A model generated the notes under the pieces. It searched no databases and was not told the DNA's origin. It saw nothing but the letters and a program-made list of their open reading frames with translations. From an uncultured Chloroflexia bacterium (GTDB lineage: Bacteria > Chloroflexota > Limnocylindria > Limnocylindrales > CSP1-4): 64,000 nucleotides of DNA. Both the position numbers and the translations under genes were made by a program. This document shows, piece by piece, positions 55,262 to 64,000 of this stretch (positions are counted from its first letter, which is position 1; every line of letters starts with the position of its first letter). The DNA is taken from contig CAVVHT010000009.1 of assembly GCA_963748235.1 (NCBI GenBank), positions 826,162-890,161 on the forward strand. The letters run 5' to 3'.

Positions 55262-56380
55262 CGGGCGCTCGTACCGGCCAGCGCGACGCGAGCAATGAAG
55301 CGATCGAACACGTCGACCGCGTCAAGCGGCCCCGGCGATCCCTCGGGGTGGTACTGGACGGTCTCGATCGGCTTCGTCGCGTGGCGCAGGCCCTCGACCG
55401 AGCCGTCGTTCAGGTTGCGCTGACTGACGATGAAGCCACTCTCCGCAGGAAGCGTTTCACCGACCACCTCGACCTCGTGGTTCTGCGCCGTGACCTGGAC
55501 CCTGCCGCGTCTCGATGTCGCGCACCGGATGGTTGGCGCCGTGATGGCCGAAGCGCAGGCGGCGCGTGCTCGCCCCGGCGGCGCGGCCCACGATCTGGTG
55601 ACCGAGACAGATGCCGAGCAGTGGCCGCCCGTCATCGATCGCCGCCTGCGCGAGGCGGACCGGCTGGTCGAGGCGTGCCGGATCGCCCGGCCCCGGCGAG
55701 AGGACGAGACCGGCGACGTCCGGCGCGAGCGCCTCGCGCGCGTCGGTGGTGTGCGGCAGCACGCGGACGCGTGCCCCGCGCGCGACGAGCTGGCGGACGA
55801 TGTTGGTCTTGAGGCCGTAGTCGACGAGCGCCACCAGCGGCCCGCCCGCCGGTCCGATCTCGTGCGCGTCGTTCGCCGATACCTGGCCGACGAAGTCCTC
55901 GTCCTCCCAATGGACGATCGAGCGGGCCGCGTCGACGGCCGCCATCGCGTCCATCTCGCCGGGCGCGCCGATCAGGATTCGTTGCGAGCCCGTTTCGCGC
56001 AGCCGGCGCGCCAGGGCACGCGTGTCGAGGCCGGCGATGGCAGGCACGCCCGAGGCGCGCAACAGATCGACCAGCTGGCGCGCCGGCTCGAGCACGGCGG
56101 CCGTGGCGTGTCCGACGATCAGGCCGCGCAGCCACGGCCGGCCACTCTGATCGTCGTACGCGATGCGGCCGTAGTTGCCGATCAGCGGATAGGTCATCAG
56201 CACGACCTGACCCGCGTACGACGGATCGGTGCAGATCTCCTGGTAGCCGGTCGAGCTGGTGTTCGCCACGAGGTCGCCGCCGCCTGAGATCGGTGCCCCA
56301 AACGCAACGCCGCGGAAGACGGTGCCGTCCTCGAGCGCGAGCAGGGCGGGGCCGGACGCGCCGAGTCGGGGGTCGACGAC
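55258..56380 (-). CDS. carA: carbamoyl-phosphate synthase small subunit (glutamine amidotransferase); frameshift near 55500
   Basis: [21 protein letters not shown], catalytic GICLGHQ. The C-terminal segment QNHEVEV...VQYHPE is in ORF 55635->55258. Confidence 0.85.
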
Positions 56381-56588
56381 TGAGTCGGACGGTATCGGGA
56401 GCGCGGTCGCCCGCGACAAAAAGAAACCACCGCTCGCGGATGAGCGGTGGTCCAAATTGTCGCGCAAAGTCAATCGGTACTCCTTCCCGGTCCTCTCGGG
56501 ACCGCCTTCGCCGGCCTCTCGGGACCGGAGTGAAGGGACCGTCTCAGGTTAGCACGGCCGCCTGTCCCCAGGCGGCCGCACAGACCGG

Positions 56589-57329
56589 TTAGCCGACGCG
56601 AATCGGCGACTCCTGCTCGTTGGTCGACTCGCCGCCGGTCAGGCCGTTTCCGTAAGAGTTGTCCCACGGCGCCTGGTAGCTCGGCGGCTCGCCCTCGAGC
56701 GAGTCGACTGCATCATTCGCGTCAGATGCTGCGCCGCTGACGGCCTTGCGTGTTTCGGCCATCACGCCAACGGTTCGATTGCGCAGATCCTGGGCCGTGC
56801 CGGATGCCTTCTCGCGGCTAATACGCGTCAGCTTCGTGAACTGATCGCGCAGCAGCGCGCGGCGACGGCGGCCTCGGTCGGGATCAAAGAAGTACATCAA
56901 CGCGAGGCCGGCGGTGAACCCGCCGAGCAGGGCGATGCCTGCCATCGGGTTGGCGCCCGACCGCTTGGGCTCGGTCGTAATGCGCACGTGCCGCAGATCC
57001 TCGCCGAGCGCCTGGGCGTCCTTGCTCAGATCCTTGACGGTGCTCCGGCTGCTGGCCGCGATCGATGCGCCGAGTGCCGTCGCACCCTTGATCACCTGCT
57101 CGGCCAGATTGCTGGCCGCTGACGATGCGTCGCGGGCGATATCGGCAGTCTTGCTGCCGGCGTCCTCGCCAAGGTCAGACGCCTTGCTGCCGATGTCCTT
57201 GGTTCGATCGGATGCGACGGCCGACAGCTGGCCGGCCTCGTTACTGAGCGCTTGCCGAACCTCATCGAGCTTACTGCTGATGCCATTTGCATCAACCTCG
57301 GTTGCGGTCCAGGGCAGGGTTAGTTTCAC
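56589..57329 (-). CDS. hypothetical single-pass membrane protein with amphipathic Ala/Ser/Asp-rich repeats
   Basis: Repeats of the form D.G.KASDLGEDAGSKTADIARDASSAASNLAE. TM helix MAGIALLGGFTAGLALMYFF. Confidence 0.55.
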   Translation of the reverse strand: MKLTLPWTATEVDANGISSKLDEVRQALSNEAGQLSAVASDRTKDIGSKASDLGEDAGSKTADIARDASSAASNLAEQVIKGATALGASIAASSRSTVKDLSKDAQALGEDLRHVRITTEPKRSGANPMAGIALLGGFTAGLALMYFFDPDRGRRRRALLRDQFTKLTRISREKASGTAQDLRNRTVGVMAETRKAVSGAASDANDAVDSLEGEPPSYQAPWDNSYGNGLTGGESTNEQESPIRVG

Positions 57330-57469
57330 GTCAGGCCCTCCTTGTGGTCATGCCCATCATGGCCGCCGGGCCATGCCACGGTCCAGAGCCGAACGGCACG
57401 ATGGCTTGCAGCGTGGTTGCATCCTCGCTGTTGCTGATCGGCGACGCGGCGCCCGACTAGCATCACGCC

Positions 57470-58048
57470 GTGCGCCTGACCGAGTGGGAGCGTGACCGGC
57501 TGACCATCTTCACCGCGGCCGAGCTTGCCCGACGCCACAGAGCCGCGGGGCTGAAGCTGAACGCCCCCGAAACGATCGCGATCATCTGCGACGAGATGCT
57601 CGAGGCAGCGCGCGCCGATGCGTCGTACGACGAGGTCGAGGCGGCCGGTCGACAAGCCGTCGCGCCGGCCGACGTGATGGTCGGCGTCCCTGTCCTCGTC
57701 GACGAGATCCGGCTCGAGGTGCTGATGGGCGACGGCACGCGCCTGGTCGTCCTGCGCTACCCGCTCGGTGAGCCGGAGACGCCCGACTCATCCGATTCGC
57801 CTGAGCCGCCCTCCCCTCGCGGCCGCGAGACCCGCACCTTGTCGGTAACCAACTCGGGCCGCCGCGTCATTCGGGTCTCGTCGCACTACCCGTTCGAGCA
57901 GGTCAACCAGCGTTTGGAGTTCGACCGCGATGGCGCGCGCGGCTTTCGCCTCGACCTTCCAGCCGGCGCAACGCTCCGCTGGGCACCCGGCGAAACGCGC
58001 GAGGTAACCCTTGTCCGTTACGGCGGCACGAGCGGGTCAGATCGATGA
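57470..58048 (+). CDS. ureAB: urease gamma/beta subunit fusion
   Basis: Gamma-like N-terminus MRLTEWERDRLTIFTAAELARRHRAAGLKLN. Beta-like C-terminus VTNSGRRVIRVSSHYPFEQVNQRLEFDR. Confidence 0.9.
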   Translation: MRLTEWERDRLTIFTAAELARRHRAAGLKLNAPETIAIICDEMLEAARADASYDEVEAAGRQAVAPADVMVGVPVLVDEIRLEVLMGDGTRLVVLRYPLGEPETPDSSDSPEPPSPRGRETRTLSVTNSGRRVIRVSSHYPFEQVNQRLEFDRDGARGFRLDLPAGATLRWAPGETREVTLVRYGGTSGSDR

Positions 58049-58452
58049 TCAGCCGTTTACGCGTGACGATCATGTTCGCCCTGATCGCGACGGCATTGAT
58101 TGGCTGTGACAGCACGCTGCCGCAGGACATCCTGCAGCTCGGATCCGTGCGGACGGCTTCAGCAGACGAATCCGAAGCAGCAATCTCGGAGGCGGCAGCC
58201 ATGCGAGCAGCTTCCGATGCTGGCTACGACTTCGCCAATCGAACCGCGTATCTCGTCGTGATGACGCCGACCGGCTTGGCATCTGGCGCGCCGCCGATCA
58301 GCGAACGCCTCGTGTGGCTCGTCCGTGCCTCGGACATCGAGGTGCAAGGGCCGGTCCCGACCGGCGGAGGGGAACCCGCGCCCTTCCACTATTCCTACGT
58401 GCTGGTCGACGCCGTGACGGGCGAGGTGCTGATGGCGACCTACCGTGTCTAG
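58045..58452 (+). CDS. lipoprotein encoded between ureAB and ureC
   Basis: Signal peptide plus lipobox FALIATALIGC. 135 aa. Overlaps ureAB (ATGA) and ureC (8 bp). Confidence 0.5.
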   Translation: MISRLRVTIMFALIATALIGCDSTLPQDILQLGSVRTASADESEAAISEAAAMRAASDAGYDFANRTAYLVVMTPTGLASGAPPISERLVWLVRASDIEVQGPVPTGGGEPAPFHYSYVLVDAVTGEVLMATYRV

Positions 58453-60094
58453 CGCGCGCTACGGGCCAACGACCGGCGATCGGATCCGCGTCGCCGACTC
58501 CGACCTGTGGCTGAGGGTCGAGGATGACCGGCAGGCTTACGGGGACGAGCCGCTGTGGGGCTACGGCAAGACGATCCGGTTGCGCCAGGCGCAGACCAAT
58601 CGGACGGCGGAGAGCGAACTCGACACCGTAATCGTCGGTGCCGTGATCGTCGACCCGGTCGTGGGCGTGGTGAAGGCGGACATCGGCATCAAGGACGGCC
58701 GGATCGTCGGCATCGGCGCTGCCGGCAACCCGGAGATCAGTGATGGGATCGGTCTGCCGATCGGTCCGCACACCGAGCCGATCCTCGCCTACGGCCTGGT
58801 CGCGACGCCCGGCGTGGTCGACAGCCACGTCCACCTGATCACGCCCGAGCTGATCCCGGCAGCGCTGAGCGCGGGCGTGACGACGCTCATCACCGCCGGC
58901 TTCGAGGAGCCGCCGTGGGCGATGGAACGCAGCCTCCGCTCGTTCGAGGAGTGGCCCATCAACATCGGGCTGCAAGCCAACGCGCGCGCCGGCGACGACG
59001 CGTCCCTGGATGGCCTGATCGCGGCCGGAGCCGTCGGCTTCAAGATCCACGAGGACTACGGCGCGTACCCGGAGCTGATCGATCGCGTGCTCTCGTACGC
59101 AGACGCGCACGACGTCAGCGTCGCGCTGCACACCGACGGCCTCAACGAGTCGGCCGAGCTTGAGGACACGGTCGCGGCGATCGCCGGCCGCACGGTCCAC
59201 GCCTACCACGTCGAGGGTGCCGGGGGCGGCCACGTCCCAGACGTGATCGGCCTCGTCCGTGAGTCGAACGTCATCTGCTCGTCGACGACGCCGACGCTCC
59301 CCTTCGGAGTCAACGCGGTCGCCGAGCACATGCCGATGGCGATCCTCAACCACGGTGGCTCCCCCGACGACCCCGATGATATGGAGCTCTACCGCGAGCG
59401 CGTTCGCGCCACGACCATGGCCGCCGAAGGGCCGCTCCTCGAGCTCGGTGCGATCGCGATCATCAATAGCGACTCGCAGGGCATGGGCCGCATAGGCGAG
59501 ACGCTGCGCCGAACGATTCAGCTTGCCCACGTCATGAAGGCGTGGGCGGCCGATTCCACCGACCAGTCGACCGACGACAACGCCCGATTCCTGCGCTATC
59601 TCGCCAAGTGCACCATCGAGCCGGCGATCACCCACGGCATCGCCGAACATGTCGGCTCGATCCAGCCCGGCCGGCTGGCCGACATCGTCCTGTGGAAGCC
59701 GGGCTGGCTGGGCGTCAAGCCCGAGGTCGTGTTCAAGTCGGGCTACCCGGCCTGGGGCGCCTACGGCGACGGCAACGCGACTGTCGAATGGGCCGAGCCG
59801 CGCCGCTACACCGCCGGCTGGGGCGGTCGAGGGCTGGCTCCAGCGTCCGTGTCGGCCACCTTCGTCTCATCGGCCATCGATGCAGAAGCGTTCGCCCGGC
59901 GACTCGGCAGCAGCCGAACGTTCCTGGCGGTTTCGCGCACACGCGGGCTCACGCGCGCGCACCTGTTGCTCAATCGGGAGACCGCCGCGATCGAAGTCAA
60001 CCCGACCGATGGGACGGTCAGCCTCAACGGCCGCGTTCTGGCCGTCGAGCCGGCACGCGAGCTACCTCTGAACCGGCACTACTTCCTTCGCTAG
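58445..60094 (+). CDS. ureC: urease alpha subunit
   Basis: GPTTGDRIRVADSDLWLRVEDD; metal-centre region GVVDSHVHLITPE; GFKIHEDYGA; MAILNHG. Confidence 0.9.
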   Translation: MSSARYGPTTGDRIRVADSDLWLRVEDDRQAYGDEPLWGYGKTIRLRQAQTNRTAESELDTVIVGAVIVDPVVGVVKADIGIKDGRIVGIGAAGNPEISDGIGLPIGPHTEPILAYGLVATPGVVDSHVHLITPELIPAALSAGVTTLITAGFEEPPWAMERSLRSFEEWPINIGLQANARAGDDASLDGLIAAGAVGFKIHEDYGAYPELIDRVLSYADAHDVSVALHTDGLNESAELEDTVAAIAGRTVHAYHVEGAGGGHVPDVIGLVRESNVICSSTTPTLPFGVNAVAEHMPMAILNHGGSPDDPDDMELYRERVRATTMAAEGPLLELGAIAIINSDSQGMGRIGETLRRTIQLAHVMKAWAADSTDQSTDDNARFLRYLAKCTIEPAITHGIAEHVGSIQPGRLADIVLWKPGWLGVKPEVVFKSGYPAWGAYGDGNATVEWAEPRRYTAGWGGRGLAPASVSATFVSSAIDAEAFARRLGSSRTFLAVSRTRGLTRAHLLLNRETAAIEVNPTDGTVSLNGRVLAVEPARELPLNRHYFLR

Positions 60095-61461
60095 TCGCGT
60101 CCGCGCAGTCCGCGGCCCAGAGAGCGCCGAATTCGGCGGAAGCGGTCGACGGCACGCACGTTCTCCAGCCGGGTGATCGGTCGCGCGCCGTACCGAGCGA
60201 GCTGATAGTCGGCCGCCAATCGAGCTAGATCCACGCCGCGCAACACCGGATTGCCGCGCAACCTGGCGGCGTGTTTGGCGGGCGTTTCGGCCGGCTGTCG
60301 CGCGAGTTCGGCGCGCACCTCGAGCGCGGCGATCGTCGAGAGATATGCGCCAACGGCGTCACGCGGACTGCCCAGTCGCCTGATGCGCGTCTTGGGAGTG
60401 GGAGTCGGAGTCACGGGAAGAACTATGTCGCGCTCGATGTCGGCATAGCCCGATTCCGGTTCCTCGGGCGGGCCCTGGCGCCGGATCATCAGCCAGCGAG
60501 CGGTCAGGAACAGCGCGAGGCCGATGACGATGATCGTCGCGAGGGTGATGAGGGCGGCAACGAACGTGGCGATCTCGGGTGTCTCGGTCGTCTGATCCGG
60601 CACCGCGATGACGTTGTTGCCGATCTGGTCCATCAGCTCGCTGAGCGGCCCTGCAACCGGCCGCAGCACGATGCTCAGCAGCCAGATAATGGCCGCCAAC
60701 GGGTAGGCGATCAGGCTGAGCAGCCACTGGATCGGCCCGACGATGGGCGACACCATTGCCGTCAGCGGAATGCCGGCCAGGACGGCAATCGGGACGCTGA
60801 GCGGCACGACCGCCAGGCCGACGCCCAACACCAGCCAGCGCCACGCACGCCGCTGCTGCTCGTCCTTTACCTCGGCATGAAGGACGTCGAGCCGGGCCAT
60901 GCCGATCGCAACGAGTGATCCGGACAGGTACATCGCCGTGCCCCACATCGCCGCGACGGCGAACGAGATCCACAGCTCAGGTCGGCCGGCATATGTTGTG
61001 TACGCCCACATGACGCCGATCGCGATGGGTACCCATTTGAGCATCTGTTCGAGCTGCTCTGATGCCTTGTCTCCGACCGACACGATGGCGCCTCGGAGGA
61101 CGGCCAGGCCGACGAGCCAGCCCGCGAAGTGGCGACCGATGACCAGGTCGTCGAACGCCAGCAGGTTCTGCCCGGCGAGCGACCCGATGAGACCGCCCAC
61201 GAAGACCCCCACGATCACCAAGACGGCACCGAGGGCGGGCCATCGTCGGCCTACCGCGCCGATGAGCACTCCTGCGCCGACGAAAAGACTCATCTCGACC
61301 GGGCCGAGGATCGGCGGCCGCTTGTCGGCGATGACGGAGACCATCGAGTAGAGCACGAGCAGCCAACCAGCCTCGGCGACGATGCGCAGGAACGCCGGCA
61401 CCAGTGGACGGAGTCTGTTCGACACGAAGGCGCCGAGTCGGGTCCGGAGCCGTCTCAACAT
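60091..61461 (-). CDS. DUF4129-domain membrane protein (MoxR-system partner)
   Basis: Multiple TM helices, then a C-terminal region with ...PAKHAARLRGNPVLRGVDLARLAADYQLARYGARPITRLE. Confidence 0.65.
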   Translation of the reverse strand: MLRRLRTRLGAFVSNRLRPLVPAFLRIVAEAGWLLVLYSMVSVIADKRPPILGPVEMSLFVGAGVLIGAVGRRWPALGAVLVIVGVFVGGLIGSLAGQNLLAFDDLVIGRHFAGWLVGLAVLRGAIVSVGDKASEQLEQMLKWVPIAIGVMWAYTTYAGRPELWISFAVAAMWGTAMYLSGSLVAIGMARLDVLHAEVKDEQQRRAWRWLVLGVGLAVVPLSVPIAVLAGIPLTAMVSPIVGPIQWLLSLIAYPLAAIIWLLSIVLRPVAGPLSELMDQIGNNVIAVPDQTTETPEIATFVAALITLATIIVIGLALFLTARWLMIRRQGPPEEPESGYADIERDIVLPVTPTPTPKTRIRRLGSPRDAVGAYLSTIAALEVRAELARQPAETPAKHAARLRGNPVLRGVDLARLAADYQLARYGARPITRLENVRAVDRFRRIRRSLGRGLRGRD

Positions 61462-61474
61462 CTATGCGGCCTCA

Positions 61475-62707
61475 CTACGCCGCCTCGACGTTCATCACCA
61501 CCGCCCGCGGGCGTCGACCCTCGGTTTCGACCTTCGCCGGCAGGCACGAGAGCCCTGCCTGGCGGCTGTCGCGGAGCATCTGCGCCGTGGCGCGGAACAG
61601 CACGAAGTGGACGGGGAAGCCTGATGCCTCAAGGCGCTTGGCGATTCCGGCGCTCGAGATCGGGTTGCGGCCGGACAGGATGACAATCGTCGTCCCGCGT
61701 GCCACCCGTCGCGGCAGCCACGCAAGCAGCTCGCCGAGCGGCGCCGAGCTCTCGGTCGTGATCCGTGCCAGCAGGTCGCCGATGCGCTCGATCTGCTCGC
61801 GATCGGCACGCGGCGGCAGGTACGCGATGCGCTGGGTCGTTCGGGTGAAGCCGGCCGCCGCAAATCCCGTCGCGGCGTCGGCGACGATGTTGGCACGCGC
61901 CAGCGACAACGCCGCGATGCACAGATCCTCGAACAGGTCTTCGTCGTAGTTGAGCATCCAAAAAGCGCCTTCGACGGTCTGGACGTCGAGCACCAGGATC
62001 TGCTGGCGCGACAATGCCGGCTCGAAGCGCTTTGATTGGAGCTTGCCCTCGCGCGCCGAGGCGCGCCAGTGGATCGTGCGCAACGAGTCGCCCGCCTGGT
62101 ATGGCCGCACGCCGGCGAAGAGGGTCGGATCGACATACAGGCTGCGCCGCGCGCGCACCTGCGCGAGCGGCGCGCTCTGCGGGCTCGAGCCGATGATCGG
62201 CACCATCAGGGGGCGCGCCAGGATGATCGCCGGCTGATCGGGCACGTCGACGTACGGCGAGTGTGTCCCAAAATGTTCGGCCACGCGCACTCGGACGGGT
62301 CCAACCTCATGGACGCCGCGCCGCATGGGCACGACCGTCACCCGTCGCGTGACGCGCTCGAACGGCCGCATGGGGCCGGCGGTCGACAGCTCCGCCGCCG
62401 CCGGCCGCGCCTGGAGATGCTGAGAGATGGCGTCGTCCGATCCGGCCCAGGCAATCGGCAGCCGGCTCTTGTTCCAGAGCGAGAGGCGGACGTTCACCGC
62501 GTCACCGACGACCGTGCTGCTCGGCGAGATTGACCGTTCATAGACGAGGGCGTCCAGAACGCGCTTCGGCCAGCGATCGGCCAGCAGCCGGATGACCAGC
62601 AGCGCACCGCCAATGAACACGATCGGCGGCGAGGTCGTGCCGACGCCGAAGATCATGATCAGCACCGCCGTGCTGGTCCAACCGCTCATCTGGGGCATCT
62701 GGGGCAT
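61475..62707 (-). CDS. DUF58-family protein (vWA-like, MoxR-associated)
   Basis: Signature RPYQAGDSLRTIHWRASAREGKL. Start at MPQMPQMSGW (62707). Confidence 0.75.
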   Translation of the reverse strand: MPQMPQMSGWTSTAVLIMIFGVGTTSPPIVFIGGALLVIRLLADRWPKRVLDALVYERSISPSSTVVGDAVNVRLSLWNKSRLPIAWAGSDDAISQHLQARPAAAELSTAGPMRPFERVTRRVTVVPMRRGVHEVGPVRVRVAEHFGTHSPYVDVPDQPAIILARPLMVPIIGSSPQSAPLAQVRARRSLYVDPTLFAGVRPYQAGDSLRTIHWRASAREGKLQSKRFEPALSRQQILVLDVQTVEGAFWMLNYDEDLFEDLCIAALSLARANIVADAATGFAAAGFTRTTQRIAYLPPRADREQIERIGDLLARITTESSAPLGELLAWLPRRVARGTTIVILSGRNPISSAGIAKRLEASGFPVHFVLFRATAQMLRDSRQAGLSCLPAKVETEGRRPRAVVMNVEAA

Positions 62708-62723
62708 CAGGCGCGAACCTGCT

Positions 62724-63686
62724 TCAGGCGGTTTCTGCCAGCGGAACGCGGGTCTGGGCGAGCACGTCCTCGAGCACCGCCTGGCGCGTCGCCCCGCGCA
62801 GCTCGCGGTCGAGGTCGAGCACCAGCCGGTGACCGAGCACCGGCTTGACGAGGTGCTGCACGTCGTCGGGGATGACGAAGTCGCGGCCGGCGAGCGCGGC
62901 CCATGCCTGCGCCGTGCGGTACAGCGCCACCGCGCTGCGCGGACTCGCGCCCAGGTGAACGTCAGCATGTTCGCGCGTGGCGCGGATGATCGACAGCAAG
63001 TAAGCCTCGACTTCGTCTTCGAGTCGCACCTGTCGCACCGCCGCCTGGACGCCGGCCAGTTCGTCGGCGCTGACGACAGGCTCGATCGCATCGAGCTGAT
63101 CGTCTGCGTCACGCAGGCGGCGGAGCATCTGGCGCTCCTCCGAATCGTTGAGATAGCCCAGCTCGACACGGACGAGGAAGCGGTCGAGCTGGGCTTCGGG
63201 CAGCGCGAAGGTGCCTTCCAGCTCGATAGGGTTTTGCGTGGCAAGCACGACAAACGGCCGCGGCAACGGCCGAGTCTCGCCGTCGACCGAGACCTGCCGC
63301 TCCTGCATCGCCTCGAGCAGCGCGGATTGGGTTCGTGGCGTCGCCCGGTTGATCTCGTCGAAGAGCACAACGTTGTTGAACAGCGGCCCGGGAATGAAGT
63401 GGAACTCGGTGCCATCGAGAACGCTGCTGCCGGTGACGTCCGAAGGCAGCAGGTCGGGCGTGCCCTGGACTCGCGCAAAGCCGAGCCCGAGCGATCGAGC
63501 AAACGCCTTGGCCAGCAGCGTCTTGCCGACGCCCGGGACGTCCTCAACCAGGACATGGCCACCGACCATCAACGCGGCCGACAGCAGCCGAAGCGGCTCC
63601 TCCAGCCCGACCACCGCGACGGCCACCGATTCGCGCAGCCGCGACCACATCTTTGCCGGCGTAACGATGCCCAATTCAGCAGACAT
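62724..63686 (-). CDS. MoxR-family AAA+ ATPase
   Basis: Walker A GVGKTLLAK. Walker B/sensor VLFDEINRATPRTQSALLEAM...VLATQNP. Confidence 0.85.
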   Translation of the reverse strand: MSAELGIVTPAKMWSRLRESVAVAVVGLEEPLRLLSAALMVGGHVLVEDVPGVGKTLLAKAFARSLGLGFARVQGTPDLLPSDVTGSSVLDGTEFHFIPGPLFNNVVLFDEINRATPRTQSALLEAMQERQVSVDGETRPLPRPFVVLATQNPIELEGTFALPEAQLDRFLVRVELGYLNDSEERQMLRRLRDADDQLDAIEPVVSADELAGVQAAVRQVRLEDEVEAYLLSIIRATREHADVHLGASPRSAVALYRTAQAWAALAGRDFVIPDDVQHLVKPVLGHRLVLDLDRELRGATRQAVLEDVLAQTRVPLAETA

Positions 63687-63695
63687 TCGCGAAGA

Positions 63696-64000
63696 CTACT
63701 GGTCCGCCAGCAGGTCGACGGCAACCGGCTCGATCAGATCGACCCAGCGGCCGTATTGCACGCCGCTCGGATGGAGCAGGTCGCTTGCCACCAGCGATGG
63801 ATCCGCGCCTGCCTCATTGGCCACGCTGCTGATGTCGACGAACGCGATGCCGCGCGCGCGGGCCTCCTCGGCCATGATCGAGTTGACGGTCGCAATGCCC
63901 GCGCGCTGCAGCTCGGGATTGCCGAAATCGGCCCCGCGGGGAGTGCGCGTGTAGTCCGGCGTCGAGACGACCACGATCCGCTCGCGCTCGAGCCGGCTCA
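63696..64000 (-). CDS. SGNH/GDSL-type hydrolase, C-terminal fragment (gene continues past the window end)
   Basis: The C-terminal block DLLHPSG matches the block-V DxxH motif of GDSL esterases. Confidence 0.45.
   Translation of the reverse strand, partial: SRLERERIVVVSTPDYTRTPRGADFGNPELQRAGIATVNSIMAEEARARGIAFVDISSVANEAGADPSLVASDLLHPSGVQYGRWVDLIEPVAVDLLADQ

Noticed and set aside
57326-57655. 109-aa minus ORF between the repeat protein and ureAB
   Set aside because: It has no motifs, sits in a probable promoter region, and is a likely shadow ORF.

Overview
This is a high-GC (about 70%+) bacterial chromosomal segment with roughly 55 protein-coding genes and no rRNA, tRNA, CRISPR array, transposase or integrase. 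F420-type genes (DUF385, an LLM oxidoreductase), an MshD-like two-domain GNAT and a conserved lhr-nei operon point to an Actinobacteria-like lineage; that assignment is inferred from gene content.

Gene content from left to right:
- a partial MFS transporter;
- an ABC-2 exporter pair, a GNAT and rsgA;
- a small F420/MBL-hydrolase cluster;
- a PLP decarboxylase and SAM methyltransferase operon, divergent from metH;
- an operon of a zinc-ribbon membrane protein, a PPGY-repeat membrane protein and an S53 sedolisin;
- a cyanophycin locus (described below);
- the lhr-nei DNA-repair operon and a secreted S8 subtilase;
- a five-gene, 4-bp-overlapping operon on the minus strand (M16 catalytic, M16 non-catalytic, PfkB-like stub, HDAC/AcuC-like deacetylase, alpha/beta hydrolase), divergent from two tandem MFS paralogues across an intergenic region that carries a perfect 26-bp inverted repeat;
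- a GAF/PAS histidine kinase, a NarL regulator and an orphan receiver;
- carA and carB;
- urease structural genes (fused ureAB plus ureC) with a lipoprotein gene between them and no accessory genes nearby;
- a MoxR / DUF58 / DUF4129 trio.

The most interesting finding is the cyanophycin locus. It holds cphB, cphA, an ArsR regulator, a beta-propeller lipoprotein and an M20 peptidase, plus a cphA paralogue that keeps the N domain and the Mur-ligase-like M domain but has no ATP-grasp G domain.

The main caveat is that almost every gene longer than about 1 kb shows one to seven apparent frameshifts, including metH, carA, carB, lhr and cphA. I interpret this as indel noise in the assembly and not as true pseudogenisation, so exact coordinates and gene intactness should be treated with caution.
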